The notes: generated by a model from the letters alone, not told the origin. Positions 21,131 through 32,517 are shown, counted from the first letter of the stretch. The stretch is DNA of 64,000 bases from Alphaproteobacteria bacterium (GCA_964291285.2 OZ219786.1:1120001-1184000), one strand, 5' to 3'. A program made the numbers and translations.

Positions 21131-21944
21131 GCGAAGCGGCGGCTTCCCGCGCGGCCCGTTGCCCGTCCGCCGCGGCCTCGGCAAGCGAACCGGCGCGGCG
21201 GACGGCGCCGGCGGCGAACACGCCCTCGCCCGCCAGCGCCGTTACGGGCTCGAGGCCGATGAAGACGAACACGCCCGAGACCTCCAGCCGCCGCCCGCCT
21301 GCGAGCGTGACGCCCTCGACGCCGTTCCCGCCGTCTATGGAAGCGACCTCGCTGTTCCAGTGGAAGCTGAACTTCGGGTCGGCCGCCGCCCGCGCCCCGT
21401 AGCCAGGCCTGGCCCGGAGCCGCCCGCCGCGCACGATCATCGCAATCGAGCGCGCATAGCCGGCCAGGTGCAGCGCCTCCTGCAGGGCCGCGTCGCCGCC
21501 GCCCACCACGGCCACGTCGGCATCCCTGAAGAAGCCGGCGTCGCAGAAGGCGCATTGCGACACGCCGCGCCCGGTCAGCGCCTCCTCGCCCGGCACGCCC
21601 AGCCGGCGGAGCCGCGCGCCAGTCGCCGCCACGACCGCCTTCGCCCGGTACCGCCCGCCGCCGGCCGTCTCGACGATCCGGCGGCGGCCCTGCGCGTGGA
21701 CGGCCTCCACATGCTCCTCGTGGAAGCGCACGCCCGCCGCCGCCAGCCGGTCCTTCCAGCCATGGGCCAGCTCGGAGCCGCCAACGGCAGCCGGCCAGCC
21801 GTCGAGCGCGCCCACATTGGAAACGAGGCCGCCATAGAGCCCCGACTCGAACAGCGCCACCGCGAGCCCCTGCGAAACCGCCTCGTCCGCCGCCGCGAGC
21901 CCCGCAACGCCGCCGCCGACCACGACAAGGTCAAGCGGCCTCAC
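21120..21944 (-). CDS. Thioredoxin reductase-like FAD/NAD(P)H oxidoreductase
   Basis: GGGVAG FAD motif, GVSQCAFCD redox CxxC, GGGDAALQEA NADPH motif; GTGA overlap with the upstream gene. Confidence 0.85.
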   Translation of the reverse strand: MRPLDLVVVGGGVAGLAAADEAVSQGLAVALFESGLYGGLVSNVGALDGWPAAVGGSELAHGWKDRLAAAGVRFHEEHVEAVHAQGRRRIVETAGGGRYRAKAVVAATGARLRRLGVPGEEALTGRGVSQCAFCDAGFFRDADVAVVGGGDAALQEALHLAGYARSIAMIVRGGRLRARPGYGARAAADPKFSFHWNSEVASIDGGNGVEGVTLAGGRRLEVSGVFVFIGLEPVTALAGEGVFAAGAVRRAGSLAEAAADGQRAAREAAASLRR

Positions 21945-23083
21945 GCGGCGATCTCCTTCACGATGCAGCAGGGCGGGAAGCCCCAGGACGGGAACCAGGC
22001 GCATTGCGGGATCGGGATGTCGCCGCCCGCAACGATCAGCACGATGTCCTCCGGCCGCGCGACGGCCGGCACGGCGTCTCCGCCCTCGGTCCATTCCGGC
22101 CAGCGCTCGCCGCCGATGAGGCGGGTGCGCAGCCAGAGCCTGTCGAAATCGGCGCGCGGCATCCGGCCCCGTCGCCAGAGCGCCTCCTTTGCGTCCACCT
22201 TCGACCAGCCCTGCCCCGCCAGCTCCTGCGCAACGAAGGGCGCCATCACCACCGCCGCCTTGCCCTCCCAAGCCATGTTGAAGGCCGAGGCGGCGGAGCC
22301 CATGACGCTTGCGAGGTCGTCCAGCCCGCCGGTGACATTGACCGCGGTCTCCGCCCGCATCAGCACCAGCACGTTCCCGCCGCCCAGCTCCTCATGCAGC
22401 GGCTCCCAGGGGTTGGCGGCTGCGTTCTCGGCCAGCACCATGGTGTAGCGCCCCGGCTGGCCGAGCCCGGCGAAGGAGACGGCCTCCGGCCAGCCGCCGC
22501 CGATATTGTTCATCACGAACCGGACCGCGCGCCCGATGGCGGCATTGGCCTGCCAGCCCGGCCCCAGCATGCCGAAGCCGGCATTCACCTCCAGCCTCTC
22601 GACGACCGGTCCGCTCAGCAGGATGAGCGGCGCCACGTTCTCGTCCGTCGTCTGCACGCCGCGCAGGTTGAAAACGGGGTCCGCGAGCGCCTCCACGGCA
22701 GCCACGACGACCGGGAAATGCTCCGGCGCACAGCCCGCCATGACGGCGTTGGCGGCCACGCGCTCCACCACCGCCACCCCCTTCAGCGGGTCGAGCTCGC
22801 CCAGGCTTTCGTTCCGCCCGCGCGCGCATCCGCGCAGCATGGCGTCCACCCGGTCCAAGGTCGGCGGCACGATGGGCAGGCCGTCTGTCCAGCCCCGCCG
22901 GTAGTAGAGCGCGCCCGCGTCCCCGCCGCGCAGCACCTCCACCCGCTGCCGGGGGAAGCGCCCGGCCTCTGTCAGCCGGGCGGTCATGCCCTTCTCGCGC
23001 GCCCGGCGGACGAGCGTGTCGTCGATCCACGCCCCGTTCGCCCGCTGCCCCGCCGGAATCAGCAGCCAGAGCGCCTCACCCAC
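21941..23083 (-). CDS. Paralog of the C-terminal domain of the UGSC protein (function unknown)
   Basis: GWTDGLPIVPPT, AANAVMAGCAPEHFPV, ANAAIGRA, LAEN motifs shared with 23091-24488; true start may be ATG 22987. Confidence 0.75.
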   Translation of the reverse strand: MGEALWLLIPAGQRANGAWIDDTLVRRAREKGMTARLTEAGRFPRQRVEVLRGGDAGALYYRRGWTDGLPIVPPTLDRVDAMLRGCARGRNESLGELDPLKGVAVVERVAANAVMAGCAPEHFPVVVAAVEALADPVFNLRGVQTTDENVAPLILLSGPVVERLEVNAGFGMLGPGWQANAAIGRAVRFVMNNIGGGWPEAVSFAGLGQPGRYTMVLAENAAANPWEPLHEELGGGNVLVLMRAETAVNVTGGLDDLASVMGSAASAFNMAWEGKAAVVMAPFVAQELAGQGWSKVDAKEALWRRGRMPRADFDRLWLRTRLIGGERWPEWTEGGDAVPAVARPEDIVLIVAGGDIPIPQCAWFPSWGFPPCCIVKEIAA

Positions 23084-23090
23084 GCCGCGT

Positions 23091-24812
23091 TCAGCCGGCG
23101 GCCAGCCGGGCTTCCCAGTCCGCCGGGAGTTCGATCTCGCGGGTCACCGGGAAGCCGAGAATGCCGTTATGCGCGAACACATAGGCGTTGGTGCACAGCG
23201 GGTCGCCCGCGACCGCAATCCCGAAATCGTCGGGCTCGCAGACGATGGGCACCATCCGGTCCGGGTCGTCGGACTCGGCGAAGACCTCCGGCGCCCTGCC
23301 GAGCGCCACCAGCTCCGTCAGCGAGCGGTGGCCCGGCACCAGGTTGGTCCAGCCCGAGATATACCGCTCGAACTTCCGGGCCGGCATCCGCGCATGCTCG
23401 TAGAGCCAGTCGCGCATGTCGTCCTTGGAGAGCCCCGAACCGGCGATGGTCTCGGCCAGGATCGGCGAGTGCACCAGCAGCGGCCGGTAGGTGCCGGTCG
23501 CCATGCCGACGGTGAAGACCAGCTCCCAGCCCGACTGCTTGACCAGCGCGTCGGCCAGATAGGGCAGCATCTCCTCCGCCCGGCGGCCGAAGACGGACGT
23601 CACCACATCGCCGCCGGTATAGCGGGAGACGGTGACGGCGTTGGCGCCTTCCGGCAGGCCCATGTCGGTCGCCGTGTTCGGCCAGCCGATGCGCTTCAGC
23701 ACGTCCTCGTTCTCGGCGAGCGCCACCCGCCAGGTGTTGCCGAAGGTGCCCTTGTCGGTCTCGTGCGGGATGAAGCCCGCGACATTGCGCAGATAGAGCC
23801 GCCAGAAGCGCCCGACCGAGGTGTTGGCCTGGAACCCGTCCCTGAGCGCGCCCTGCTCGTAGTTGAAGCCGAGCGCCTTCGCGATCGGGCCGTTGACGGT
23901 AATCAGCGTCTCCGCCCCCGGCGTGTTGCCGGAATGCTCGACGCCGTATTCCGGGTCCGCCATCGCCTCGGCCAGCGCCACCAGCACCGGCATGTATTCC
24001 GGCCGGCAGCCGGCCATGACGCCGTTTGCGGCCACATTCCAGACCGTCGCCGCGCGGTTGTCCGGCGGCAGCTTGCCGAGCACGGTGTCCGCAGGCCGGT
24101 CCGAGAAGGCCAGGAAACGCTCGATCTTCTCCACCGAGGGCGGCACCACCGGCAGCCCGTCCGACCAGCGGTTCTCGTAGAAGAGGCGGTTCACCTCCTC
24201 GAAACTGCCCTCGAACACGATGTCGCGCGCCTCGGGCTCGACGGTCTCCACGGCCTCGTCCGGCGGCTCGGTCAGGTTCGCGATCACCGCGTCCAGGGTC
24301 TCGCCCAGCACGTTGGAGCGGAGCTCGTTGTCGGTCTGCGTATCGACATGGCCGGCCACCGGCGCGAGCGGCAGGTTCGGCATGCCGAGCCCGACGGCCG
24401 TGGTGCCCGCCTGGCCGACAAAGCCCTCGCAGACCAGCGATGAGGACGGCACGCCCGCCGCTTCGGCCACTGCGCTCACCCGCAACACGGCGGGAGTGCA
24501 GGAGCCTCAGCAGCCCATCCCGGAGATGACGGCGTCGGCCTTGAGTTCCTTCAGCCGGTCCGGCAGCGAGGCGATGATCTCGCGCTCCTCGTCGCCGTGC
24601 GTGGAGCCGAAGACGTCGTAGCCGATGAAATCGACGCCCGGATAGCGTTCCGCCAGCCCGTCGGCCAGCATCGGGAAGATTTCGTCGCCCCGGAACAGGT
24701 AGTCCCAGAGGAAGGCGACGCGCTTGCCCTCCAGATTGTCGAGGCGCGGCGCCAGCGCCTGCAGTTCCTGCGCCTTTTCGCCCCGGGGCCAGACGACCGC
24801 ATAGTCGGCCAT
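23091..24812 (-). CDS. UGSC-family selenoprotein (about 573 aa, Sec at codon 102)
   Basis: ORFs 24507-24812 and 23091-24488 are in one frame, separated only by TGA at 24507-24509, reading ISGMGC-U-GSCTPAVLR; SECIS-like hairpin follows. Confidence 0.8.
24471..24500 (-). promoter_or_regulatory. Putative bacterial SECIS element
   Basis: UGCACUCCCGC-CGUGUU-GCGGGUGAGCGCA hairpin starting 6 nt after the UGA, with G as second loop base; folded by hand. Confidence 0.6.
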
Positions 24813-24914
24813 GGGTTCGTTCTCCCGCTTGAATTGCCGTCGCCGCGAGGCTGCGACCGGAGGCCTCCCGCGTCAAGGCTGCCGCAGGCGCACATCTCCG
24901 GAAGCCCCCTGCGA

Positions 24915-25192
24915 CGTGTCATGGAATGTCATGTTTTGTCATGTTCCGGGGGCGGAATGTCATGTTCTGTCACGGTCCGGTCTGCGCTCCGGTCGCCTGG
25001 GTTGCTTCGGATCGTTCGTTCCCGGGGCATCTCGGCCTCCTTTCCGTTGCCGGTTTCCACCGCCGGTTCGTCCCTTGCGGCGGGACCCTAGTTTCGCGCG
25101 TATCGCGCCCGCCTGTCCGCGCGCGTCGCCGCCGGCGCGGTTCGCGCGCCTGATTGCGCCCGTGCGCGCGACGCGGGCGCACAGGCGCACCT
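24915..25192 (-). repeat. Dispersed intergenic element, copy C, distal part (interrupted by IS110)
   Basis: Minus strand: GCGCAATCAGGCGCGCGAACCGCGCCGGCG, GATACGCGCGAAACTAGGGTCCCGCCGC, CATGACAAAACATGACATTCCATGACA; close match to copy D. Confidence 0.82.
24929..25030 (-). CDS. Putative 33-aa peptide inside repeat copy C (MPRERTIRSNPGDRSADRTVTEHDIPPPEHDKT)
   Basis: AAGGAGG Shine-Dalgarno 5 nt before ATG; same EHDKT-stop ending as the copy D ORF. Confidence 0.35.
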   Translation of the reverse strand: MPRERTIRSNPGDRSADRTVTEHDIPPPEHDKT

Positions 25193-25408
25193 TGTATCTC
25201 TCCGGATCGTTGTTGCAGCTATAGTCGCAACAGCGGGAGCGGACGGGAGACCGCTAGCCCGACTTCCGCAACTCGGCTTGAGAATCGACTGATTTGACGG
25301 TTTTCCGGCGCGAGAAGTGTCGGATTTCGGTGCAGTACCTCTCGGGACCGGCTTGTAGTGCCGACCTACCCCCTTGATCGGGCTGGCGAAGATCCGGACG
25401 CTGCGCTG

Positions 25409-27157
25409 ATGTTCGTGCGCTGCAAGAGACGCTTCAAGGACGGCAAGGAGCACCGCTACTGGAGCGTTGTGGAGAACGTCCGGGTCCACGGCGGTCGGGT
25501 TGTTCAGCGTCAGGTGCTCTATCTCGGGGAGATCAACGACAGCCAGCGAGCGGCGTGGTGCCGCTCGATCGAGGTGGTGGAGGGCAAGTCGCGATCACGG
25601 CAGATGGCGCTGTTTCCCGAGGACCGGGAGGCGCCGGCGCTGACTTGCGAAGTGGTGAAGATCGACCTCTCGCAGGTGGCGCTTCACGACCCGCGCCAGT
25701 GGGGGGCGTGCTGGCTGGCGCTGTCCTTGTGGGACCGCCTGGACCTGGACCGCTTCTGGGAAGAGCGGCTGCCGGCGAGCCGGCAAGGCACGCGGTGGCT
25801 GGACATCCTGAAGATCCAGGTCTGCTACCGGCTGATCGACCCGGGCAGCGAGTGGCGCCTTCACCGTCACTGGTATGAGCACAGCGCGCTTCGCGATCTT
25901 CTGGGTGGCGAGCGGGCGATCGCCGACGACACACTCTATCGCTGTCTCGACAAGCTGCTGGCGCACAAGCAGGGCTTCTTCTCGTTTCTGCGCGACCGCT
26001 GGGCGACGCTGTTCGAGGCGCGCTTCGACGTGCTGCTCTACGACCTGACCTCGACCTACTTCGAGAGCGATCCGCCGTTCGATGACAAGCGCCGCTTCGG
26101 CTACAGCCGGGACAAGCGGCCCGACTGCGTGCAGGTGGTGATCGCCCTGATCGTTACGCCGCAGGGCTTTCCGCTGGCCTATGAGGTGATGCCGGGCAAC
26201 ACCTCCGACGACACCACGCTGGCGGCGTTCCTCAAGAAGATCGAGGATCAGTATGGCCGCTCCGAGCGGGTGTGGATCATGGACCGCGGCATCCCCACCG
26301 AGGAGACGCTGGCCGCGATGCGCGAGGGCGAGGCGCCGGTGCGCTACCTGGTGGGCACGCCCAAGGGCCGGCTGACGCGGCTCGAGAAGGTGTTCCTGGG
26401 CCTGCCCTGGCAGGAGGTGCGCCAGTCCGTGACTGTCAAGCTTCTGGTCGAGGATGGCGAGCTCTACGTCCTGGTGCGCAGCGAGGGGCGGCAGGTGAAG
26501 GAACGCGGCATGCGCCGGCGCCGGCTGAAGAGGCTGTGGCGTCGATTGGCCGAGTTGCAAGGGCAGTCGAACAGCCGGGATCAGTTGTTGCTCAAGCTCG
26601 GCGCCGCCAGGAAGGAGGCCGGCCGGGCCTGGAGCCTGGTCGACATCACCGTGCCCGGGACCGACAGCGAACTCGCCGCCAACGGCTTCTCATTCCGCCT
26701 GCAGCGCGACCGGCTGCGCCAGGTCCGCCGCCGCGAGGGCCGTTACCTGCTGCGATCCAACATGGTCGCCGAAGACCCCGCCACGCTGTGGCATCTGTAC
26801 ATGCAGCTCGTCGAGATCGAGCAGGCGTTCAAGGAACTCAAGCACGACCTCGCGATCCGCCCCATCTTCCATCAGCGCCAAGAGCGCATCGAGGCGCATA
26901 TCTTCGTCTCGTTCATCGCCTACTGCCTGCTGGTGACCCTGAAGAACCTCGCCCGGCCGCGCGCCCCGGGCCTCACCCCACGCGCCATCCTTGAGGCCTT
27001 CGCCACCATCCAGATGGTGGACGTCCATCTGCCAACCACCGACGGCCGGCACCTCGTCCTGCCGCGCCACACCCGGCCGAACAAGGAGCACGAGCTACTG
27101 CTGCAACAGCTCGGCATGACCTGGCCGCAGCAACCCGCACCCCGGATCTCCGCCTGA
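25409..27157 (+). CDS. IS1634 family DDE transposase
   Basis: LYDLTSTYFE, FGYSRDKRPD, IMDRG, IEQAFKELK, RIEAHIF. Confidence 0.93.
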   Translation: MFVRCKRRFKDGKEHRYWSVVENVRVHGGRVVQRQVLYLGEINDSQRAAWCRSIEVVEGKSRSRQMALFPEDREAPALTCEVVKIDLSQVALHDPRQWGACWLALSLWDRLDLDRFWEERLPASRQGTRWLDILKIQVCYRLIDPGSEWRLHRHWYEHSALRDLLGGERAIADDTLYRCLDKLLAHKQGFFSFLRDRWATLFEARFDVLLYDLTSTYFESDPPFDDKRRFGYSRDKRPDCVQVVIALIVTPQGFPLAYEVMPGNTSDDTTLAAFLKKIEDQYGRSERVWIMDRGIPTEETLAAMREGEAPVRYLVGTPKGRLTRLEKVFLGLPWQEVRQSVTVKLLVEDGELYVLVRSEGRQVKERGMRRRRLKRLWRRLAELQGQSNSRDQLLLKLGAARKEAGRAWSLVDITVPGTDSELAANGFSFRLQRDRLRQVRRREGRYLLRSNMVAEDPATLWHLYMQLVEIEQAFKELKHDLAIRPIFHQRQERIEAHIFVSFIAYCLLVTLKNLARPRAPGLTPRAILEAFATIQMVDVHLPTTDGRHLVLPRHTRPNKEHELLLQQLGMTWPQQPAPRISA

Positions 27158-27237
27158 CGGCACACGGCGCCGCCTCTCCGTTCGCCGCCTTGTAGTGCCG
27201 ACCCTCGGGGAGACGATCAAGGCTATTCAATGAGTTA

Positions 27238-27369
27238 TACCAACGGTCGTTGATTGGAACCTATAGCAGAGCCTCCCTCCGCAGCTCGCCCCCTGAGCCG
27301 AGGCCTCCTACTGCAAGAGGTAATCTCCGCCGAGAGAGGCTAATCGGTTCTTATCTGTGGCCGGTGGTA
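27238..27369. mobile_element. 132-bp MITE, copy 1
   Basis: Ends TACCAACGGTC and GGCCGGTGGTA, TTA on both sides; the empty site GAGTTAGCATCC is present in IS1634 copy 2. Confidence 0.9.
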
Positions 27370-27384
27370 TTAGCATCCTCATGA

Positions 27385-28452
<1,068 letters not shown>

Positions 28453-28469
28453 CCGACAACACAGTCGCT

Positions 28470-28650
28470 CTCCTGTCCGCTCTCGCCGGGGGTTTTGCGG
28501 CCCCCCAGCCATGCTTCCCTGCGCAGAAAAGCGGAAAGGCGGCCCCGGGAGCCGCCTTTCTCTCATGCCTATTCTACACCATTTCGCTGAAAGTCAAGCT
28601 CATGAGGGAACAAAAGATGGAAATATCGGGTGATTTTCTTACAACCCGTT
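28470..28650 (-). repeat. Dispersed intergenic element, copy C, promoter-proximal part
   Basis: Minus strand: TTGACT-N15-TAGAAT, hairpin GAAAGGCGG...CCGCCTTTC, AAAACCCC; collinear with the heads of copies A, B and D. Confidence 0.72.
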
Positions 28651-28789
28651 GAACCGGCGGGACAATCTCATGCCGGCGGCCCCGATTTGGGCTCATGTCC
28701 TATTCTCGTCATGCCCGGCCCCGGAACAGGTCCGACGATATGGGGACGGGCATGACGGACGACGCCCGCGCCACCCTCCCCGGAACGGC

Positions 28790-30172
28790 TCAGGCGGCGT
28801 ATTTCCGGACCAGCTCGCGCGCTCGCGCGGCCGCGTCTTCGGGAATCGTATGGCGGGGCGGGAAGTCGCCGGCGGGCCTGGTCGCGTCGATCATCATCTT
28901 GGCTGTCAGCCCGTCATGGTTGGACGGGTCGAGGATCGCGCCCATGCAGTTCTTCAGGATGTCCACATCCCGGTCCGCCTGCATGCGGGTGCAGACGGCC
29001 CACATCACGTCCCGGTCGCTCGCGATATCGACATCGTCATCGACGACGATGGCCAGTTTCAGGCTGAGGTCTTCGCCGAGCGCAGCCGCGGCCGCGTTCT
29101 TCGCCTGGCCGGGGGCGGGATTCTTCATGGCGATATAGACATGCATCCGGCAGGTGCCGGATTTCGGCATCGCGACGCCGGTGACATTGGGATAGTTCTG
29201 GCGCAGCACCTTGAGCAGCCGCGCCTCCATCGGCACCGCCAGAAGGCCGGTATGCTCGTCGGAAATGCCCGGCACGATATCCTGGTAGATCGCGTCCTCG
29301 CGGTGCAGGATCGCCGAGACCTCGATGACATGGCGGGTCGAGCGCGCCGAGGCATAGCCGGTGAACTCGGCGAACGGCCCCTCGTCCGCCTCCTCGCCGG
29401 GGACGATACGGCCCTCGATGACGAACTCGGCGAAGGCCGGCGCCTCGACCGGCACTGTCACGCCCCGGACCAACTCAAGAGGCCGCCCCATGAAGCCGCC
29501 GGCGACGGCGTATTCGTCGGCGTCCATGGGCCCCTTCCAGAGGCCGCTGCCAAAGGCGAACAGCGGATGGTGCCCGATGACGATGGACACCGGGATCGAC
29601 TCGCCCCGTTCGGCGGCGCGCTGCGCATAGTTCCAGAGATGCCGGCGGCTGTGCAGGCTGGTGCCGAAACGGGTCCGGCCCATGACCTGCAGCCGGTGGT
29701 AGCTGGCATTGCGCACCCCGCTGTCGGGGTCTCGCGCAACGACGATGCCGTTGGTGACATAGCGGCCGCCGTCCTCCGCGAAATGGTTCATGATCGGCAG
29801 CGCGCCGAGATCGACATCGCCTCCCGTTACCACCCTGTCCAGAACGGGGCCCGTTTCCAGGACCACCGGCTCGATGGTCCCGTCGCCGAGCCCGCTCCAG
29901 GTCCCGATCAGCTCCGTCTCGCCGACGCCGAGCGCCCGGGCGTAGCGGCGGCGGTCGCCGAAAAGGTTGGCGACGACGGGGAAGGGCGAGTCCCCGACCC
30001 TGTCGAAGCGGATCACCGGCGCGCGGCCCTGCCTCTCCAGTTCCATCGCCACTGCCGTTGCGTCGAAGTCGAGGGCGACCGGCTCCGGAATGCGCAGGAT
30101 GCTTGCCGGGTCCGCCGCTTCCAGGTCTTCCAGGAAGGATCTGAGGTCGAGCGTTCTTTCGTTCGGTCGCAT
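28790..30172 (-). CDS. UbiD family prFMN-dependent decarboxylase (divergent paralog)
   Basis: DLRSFL start, NASYHRLQV, EFVIEG, EGPFAEFTGY, IVVDDDVD. Confidence 0.9.
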   Translation of the reverse strand: MRPNERTLDLRSFLEDLEAADPASILRIPEPVALDFDATAVAMELERQGRAPVIRFDRVGDSPFPVVANLFGDRRRYARALGVGETELIGTWSGLGDGTIEPVVLETGPVLDRVVTGGDVDLGALPIMNHFAEDGGRYVTNGIVVARDPDSGVRNASYHRLQVMGRTRFGTSLHSRRHLWNYAQRAAERGESIPVSIVIGHHPLFAFGSGLWKGPMDADEYAVAGGFMGRPLELVRGVTVPVEAPAFAEFVIEGRIVPGEEADEGPFAEFTGYASARSTRHVIEVSAILHREDAIYQDIVPGISDEHTGLLAVPMEARLLKVLRQNYPNVTGVAMPKSGTCRMHVYIAMKNPAPGQAKNAAAAALGEDLSLKLAIVVDDDVDIASDRDVMWAVCTRMQADRDVDILKNCMGAILDPSNHDGLTAKMMIDATRPAGDFPPRHTIPEDAAARARELVRKYAA

Positions 30173-30283
30173 GGGCTGGCTCCCCTGCCGGCTTCCCGTC
30201 CGTTCTTCCGACGGCGAAGGCGGTTGCTATACACTATGCGCGCCCGGCAGGGGCGTTGAACCTTAGCGATCCGGAGACCTCTC

Positions 30284-30679
30284 ATGCCGCTCACCCTTCA
30301 GGAAGCCAACCGTGTCGCCGCGGCCGCCATCGCGCATGCGGAGAGTCTCGGCATCCTCATTTGCGTTTCGGTCTCGGATGCCGGTGGGCGTCTCGTCGCC
30401 TTCCAGCGCATGGACGGCGCGATCTGGGCCGCCGTCTATGGCTCGCAGGGCAAGGCCGCCGCATCAGCCGCCTTCGGCCGGCCGAGCGGCGACCTGACCG
30501 AACGCGCGGACCACCCGACCTTCCGGGGGATCGCTGCGGCCGACGGCGGGCGCATGATTTTCGGACAGGGCGGCGTGCCGATCCTCCGCGACGGACAGGT
30601 CATCGGCGCCTGCGGCGTCGGCGGCGGCACCGGGGAGGAGGACGAGGACTGCGCGCGCGCCGGCGCGGCCTGCCTCTGA
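30284..30679 (+). CDS. GlcG/HbpS family heme-binding protein
   Basis: VSDAGGRLVAFQRMDGA, GGVPI, IGACGVGG, DEDCA. Confidence 0.9.
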   Translation: MPLTLQEANRVAAAAIAHAESLGILICVSVSDAGGRLVAFQRMDGAIWAAVYGSQGKAAASAAFGRPSGDLTERADHPTFRGIAAADGGRMIFGQGGVPILRDGQVIGACGVGGGTGEEDEDCARAGAACL

Positions 30680-30740
30680 ACGCCGGTCCGCATCCGGGGG
30701 GCCGGCGAAGCGTTCGGGCGGGACATGCCGGAACGAAAGA

Positions 30741-30828
30741 TGGTGCCCAGGAGAAGACTCGAACTTCCACGGCCTTGCGGCCACAGGTACCTGAAACCTG
30801 CGCGTCTACCAAATTCCGCCACCTGGGC
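30741..30828 (-). tRNA. tRNA-Leu(CAG)
   Basis: GCCCAGG acceptor stem, anticodon loop TTCAGGT, long variable arm, GTTCGAGT T-loop, encoded CCA. Confidence 0.96.
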
Positions 30829-30901
30829 ATGGGGCCGGCGGGAGACGGCGTGATAAGAGGAAGGCGCACATCTGTCAACGACCGGACAGGACAATCATCC
30901 C

Positions 30902-32386
30902 GTGACCGATCGTTCCCTTCGGGACTTCGTCGCCCGGCTGGAAAATGCGGGCCGGCTCCGGCGCATATCCGCTCCCGTGTCGCCCGAACTGGAGGTGACC
31001 GAAATTCACCGCCGCGTGCTGCAGGCGGGCGGGCCGGCACTCCTTTTCGAGAACCTGCGCCGCCCCGACGGCAGCCCCTGGGGCATGCCCGCGCTCGCCA
31101 ACCTGTTCGGCACGGTGGAGCGCGTCGCCTGGGGCATGGGGCGCGAGCCGGAGGGGCTGCGCGAAATCGGTGAAACCCTGGCCTTCCTCCGCCAGCCGGA
31201 GCCCCCGGGCGGCTGGCGCGAGGCGGTGGGCATGCTGCCGCTGCTCAGGACCATGCTGTCCATGGCGCCGCGCACCGTCCGGCGCGGGCCCGTGCAGGAA
31301 ACCGTGCTGGAGGGGGGCGACATCGACCTCGGGCGCTTCCCGGTCCAGACCTGCTGGCCGGACGAGCCCGCGCCTCTCATCACATGGCCGCTGGTGGTCA
31401 CAAAGGGGCCGGGGCGCACGGCCGAGGACGATTTCAACCTCGGCATCTACCGGATGCAGGTGACGGGCCGGAACACGACGCTGATGCGCTGGCTGAAGCA
31501 TCGCGGCGGCGCCGGCCACCATGCGCGCTGGGCGGCAGAGAAGCGCGAGCCGCTGCCGGCCGCCGCCGTGATCGGCGCCGACCCGGCCACCATTCTGGCG
31601 GCCGTCACGCCCTTGCCCGAAACGCTCTCGGAATACCGCTTCTCCGGCCTCCTGGCGGGCCGGCGCCTCGACCTCGTCGATTGCCGCACCGTGCCCCTCA
31701 AGGTGCCGGCCGAGGCCGAGATCGTGCTGGAGGGCCATGTCTCGCTCGACGACTATGGCGACGAGGGGCCTTACGGGGACCACACCGGCTACTACAACGC
31801 GGTCGAGCGCTTCCCCGTCTTCACCGTCTCGGCGGTCACCATGCGCCGCGAGCCGATCTACCTCACCACCTATACCGGCCGGCCGCCGGACGAGCCGTCC
31901 GTGCTGGGCGAGGCGCTGAACGAGGTCTTCATCCCGCTGCTGCAGGCGCAGTTCCCGGAAATCCGCGACTTCTGGCTGCCGCCGGAGGGCTGCTCCTACC
32001 GCGTGGCCGTGGTCTCGATCCGCAAGGCCTATCCCGGCCACGCCAAGCGGGTCATGTTCGGCGTCTGGTCCTATCTGCGCCAGTTCATGTACACCAAGTG
32101 GGTGATCGTCGTGGACGACGACATCGACGCGCGCGACTGGAAGGACGTCGTCTGGGCCGTTTCCACCCGCATGGACCCCGCCCGCGACATAGTGCTCGTC
32201 GAGAACACGCCCATCGACTATCTCGACTTCGCCAGCCCCGAGAGCGGCCTCGGCTCCAAGATCGGCCTCGACGCCACCGACAAGTGGCCGCCCGAGACCC
32301 GGCGCGAATGGGGCCGCAGGCTCGCCATGAGCGAGGAGGTCAGCGCGCGCATTGCCGCGAGGTGGGAGGAGTTCGGGCTGGATTGA
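30902..32386 (+). CDS. ubiD: UbiD 4-hydroxy-3-polyprenylbenzoate decarboxylase
   Basis: [56 protein letters not shown]. Confidence 0.93.
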   Translation: MTDRSLRDFVARLENAGRLRRISAPVSPELEVTEIHRRVLQAGGPALLFENLRRPDGSPWGMPALANLFGTVERVAWGMGREPEGLREIGETLAFLRQPEPPGGWREAVGMLPLLRTMLSMAPRTVRRGPVQETVLEGGDIDLGRFPVQTCWPDEPAPLITWPLVVTKGPGRTAEDDFNLGIYRMQVTGRNTTLMRWLKHRGGAGHHARWAAEKREPLPAAAVIGADPATILAAVTPLPETLSEYRFSGLLAGRRLDLVDCRTVPLKVPAEAEIVLEGHVSLDDYGDEGPYGDHTGYYNAVERFPVFTVSAVTMRREPIYLTTYTGRPPDEPSVLGEALNEVFIPLLQAQFPEIRDFWLPPEGCSYRVAVVSIRKAYPGHAKRVMFGVWSYLRQFMYTKWVIVVDDDIDARDWKDVVWAVSTRMDPARDIVLVENTPIDYLDFASPESGLGSKIGLDATDKWPPETRREWGRRLAMSEEVSARIAARWEEFGLD

Positions 32387-32430
32387 GCGGCCCGGCGGCG
32401 CTAATTAGCCGTTCCTGGGCCGGGCCCTGT

Positions 32431-32517
32431 GCCTCTGTGGCGGAATCGGTAGACGCGGCAGACTCAAAATCTGTTGCCCGCAAGGGCGTGGGAGTTCGAG
32501 TCTCCCCGGGGGCACCA
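32431..32517 (+). tRNA. tRNA-Leu(CAA)
   Basis: GGTAGACGC D-arm, anticodon loop CTCAAAA, long variable arm, encoded CCA. Confidence 0.96.

Noticed and set aside
24915-24975. TGTCAT repeats as a Pho box for the downstream selenoprotein operon
   Set aside because: Period is 10 bp rather than 11, and the same array occurs at other repeat copies with no co-oriented downstream gene
30741-32517. tRNA-Leu genes as attachment sites of a genomic island
   Set aside because: Two different complete tRNAs on opposite strands flanking housekeeping ubiD; no integrase or duplicated 3' fragment seen
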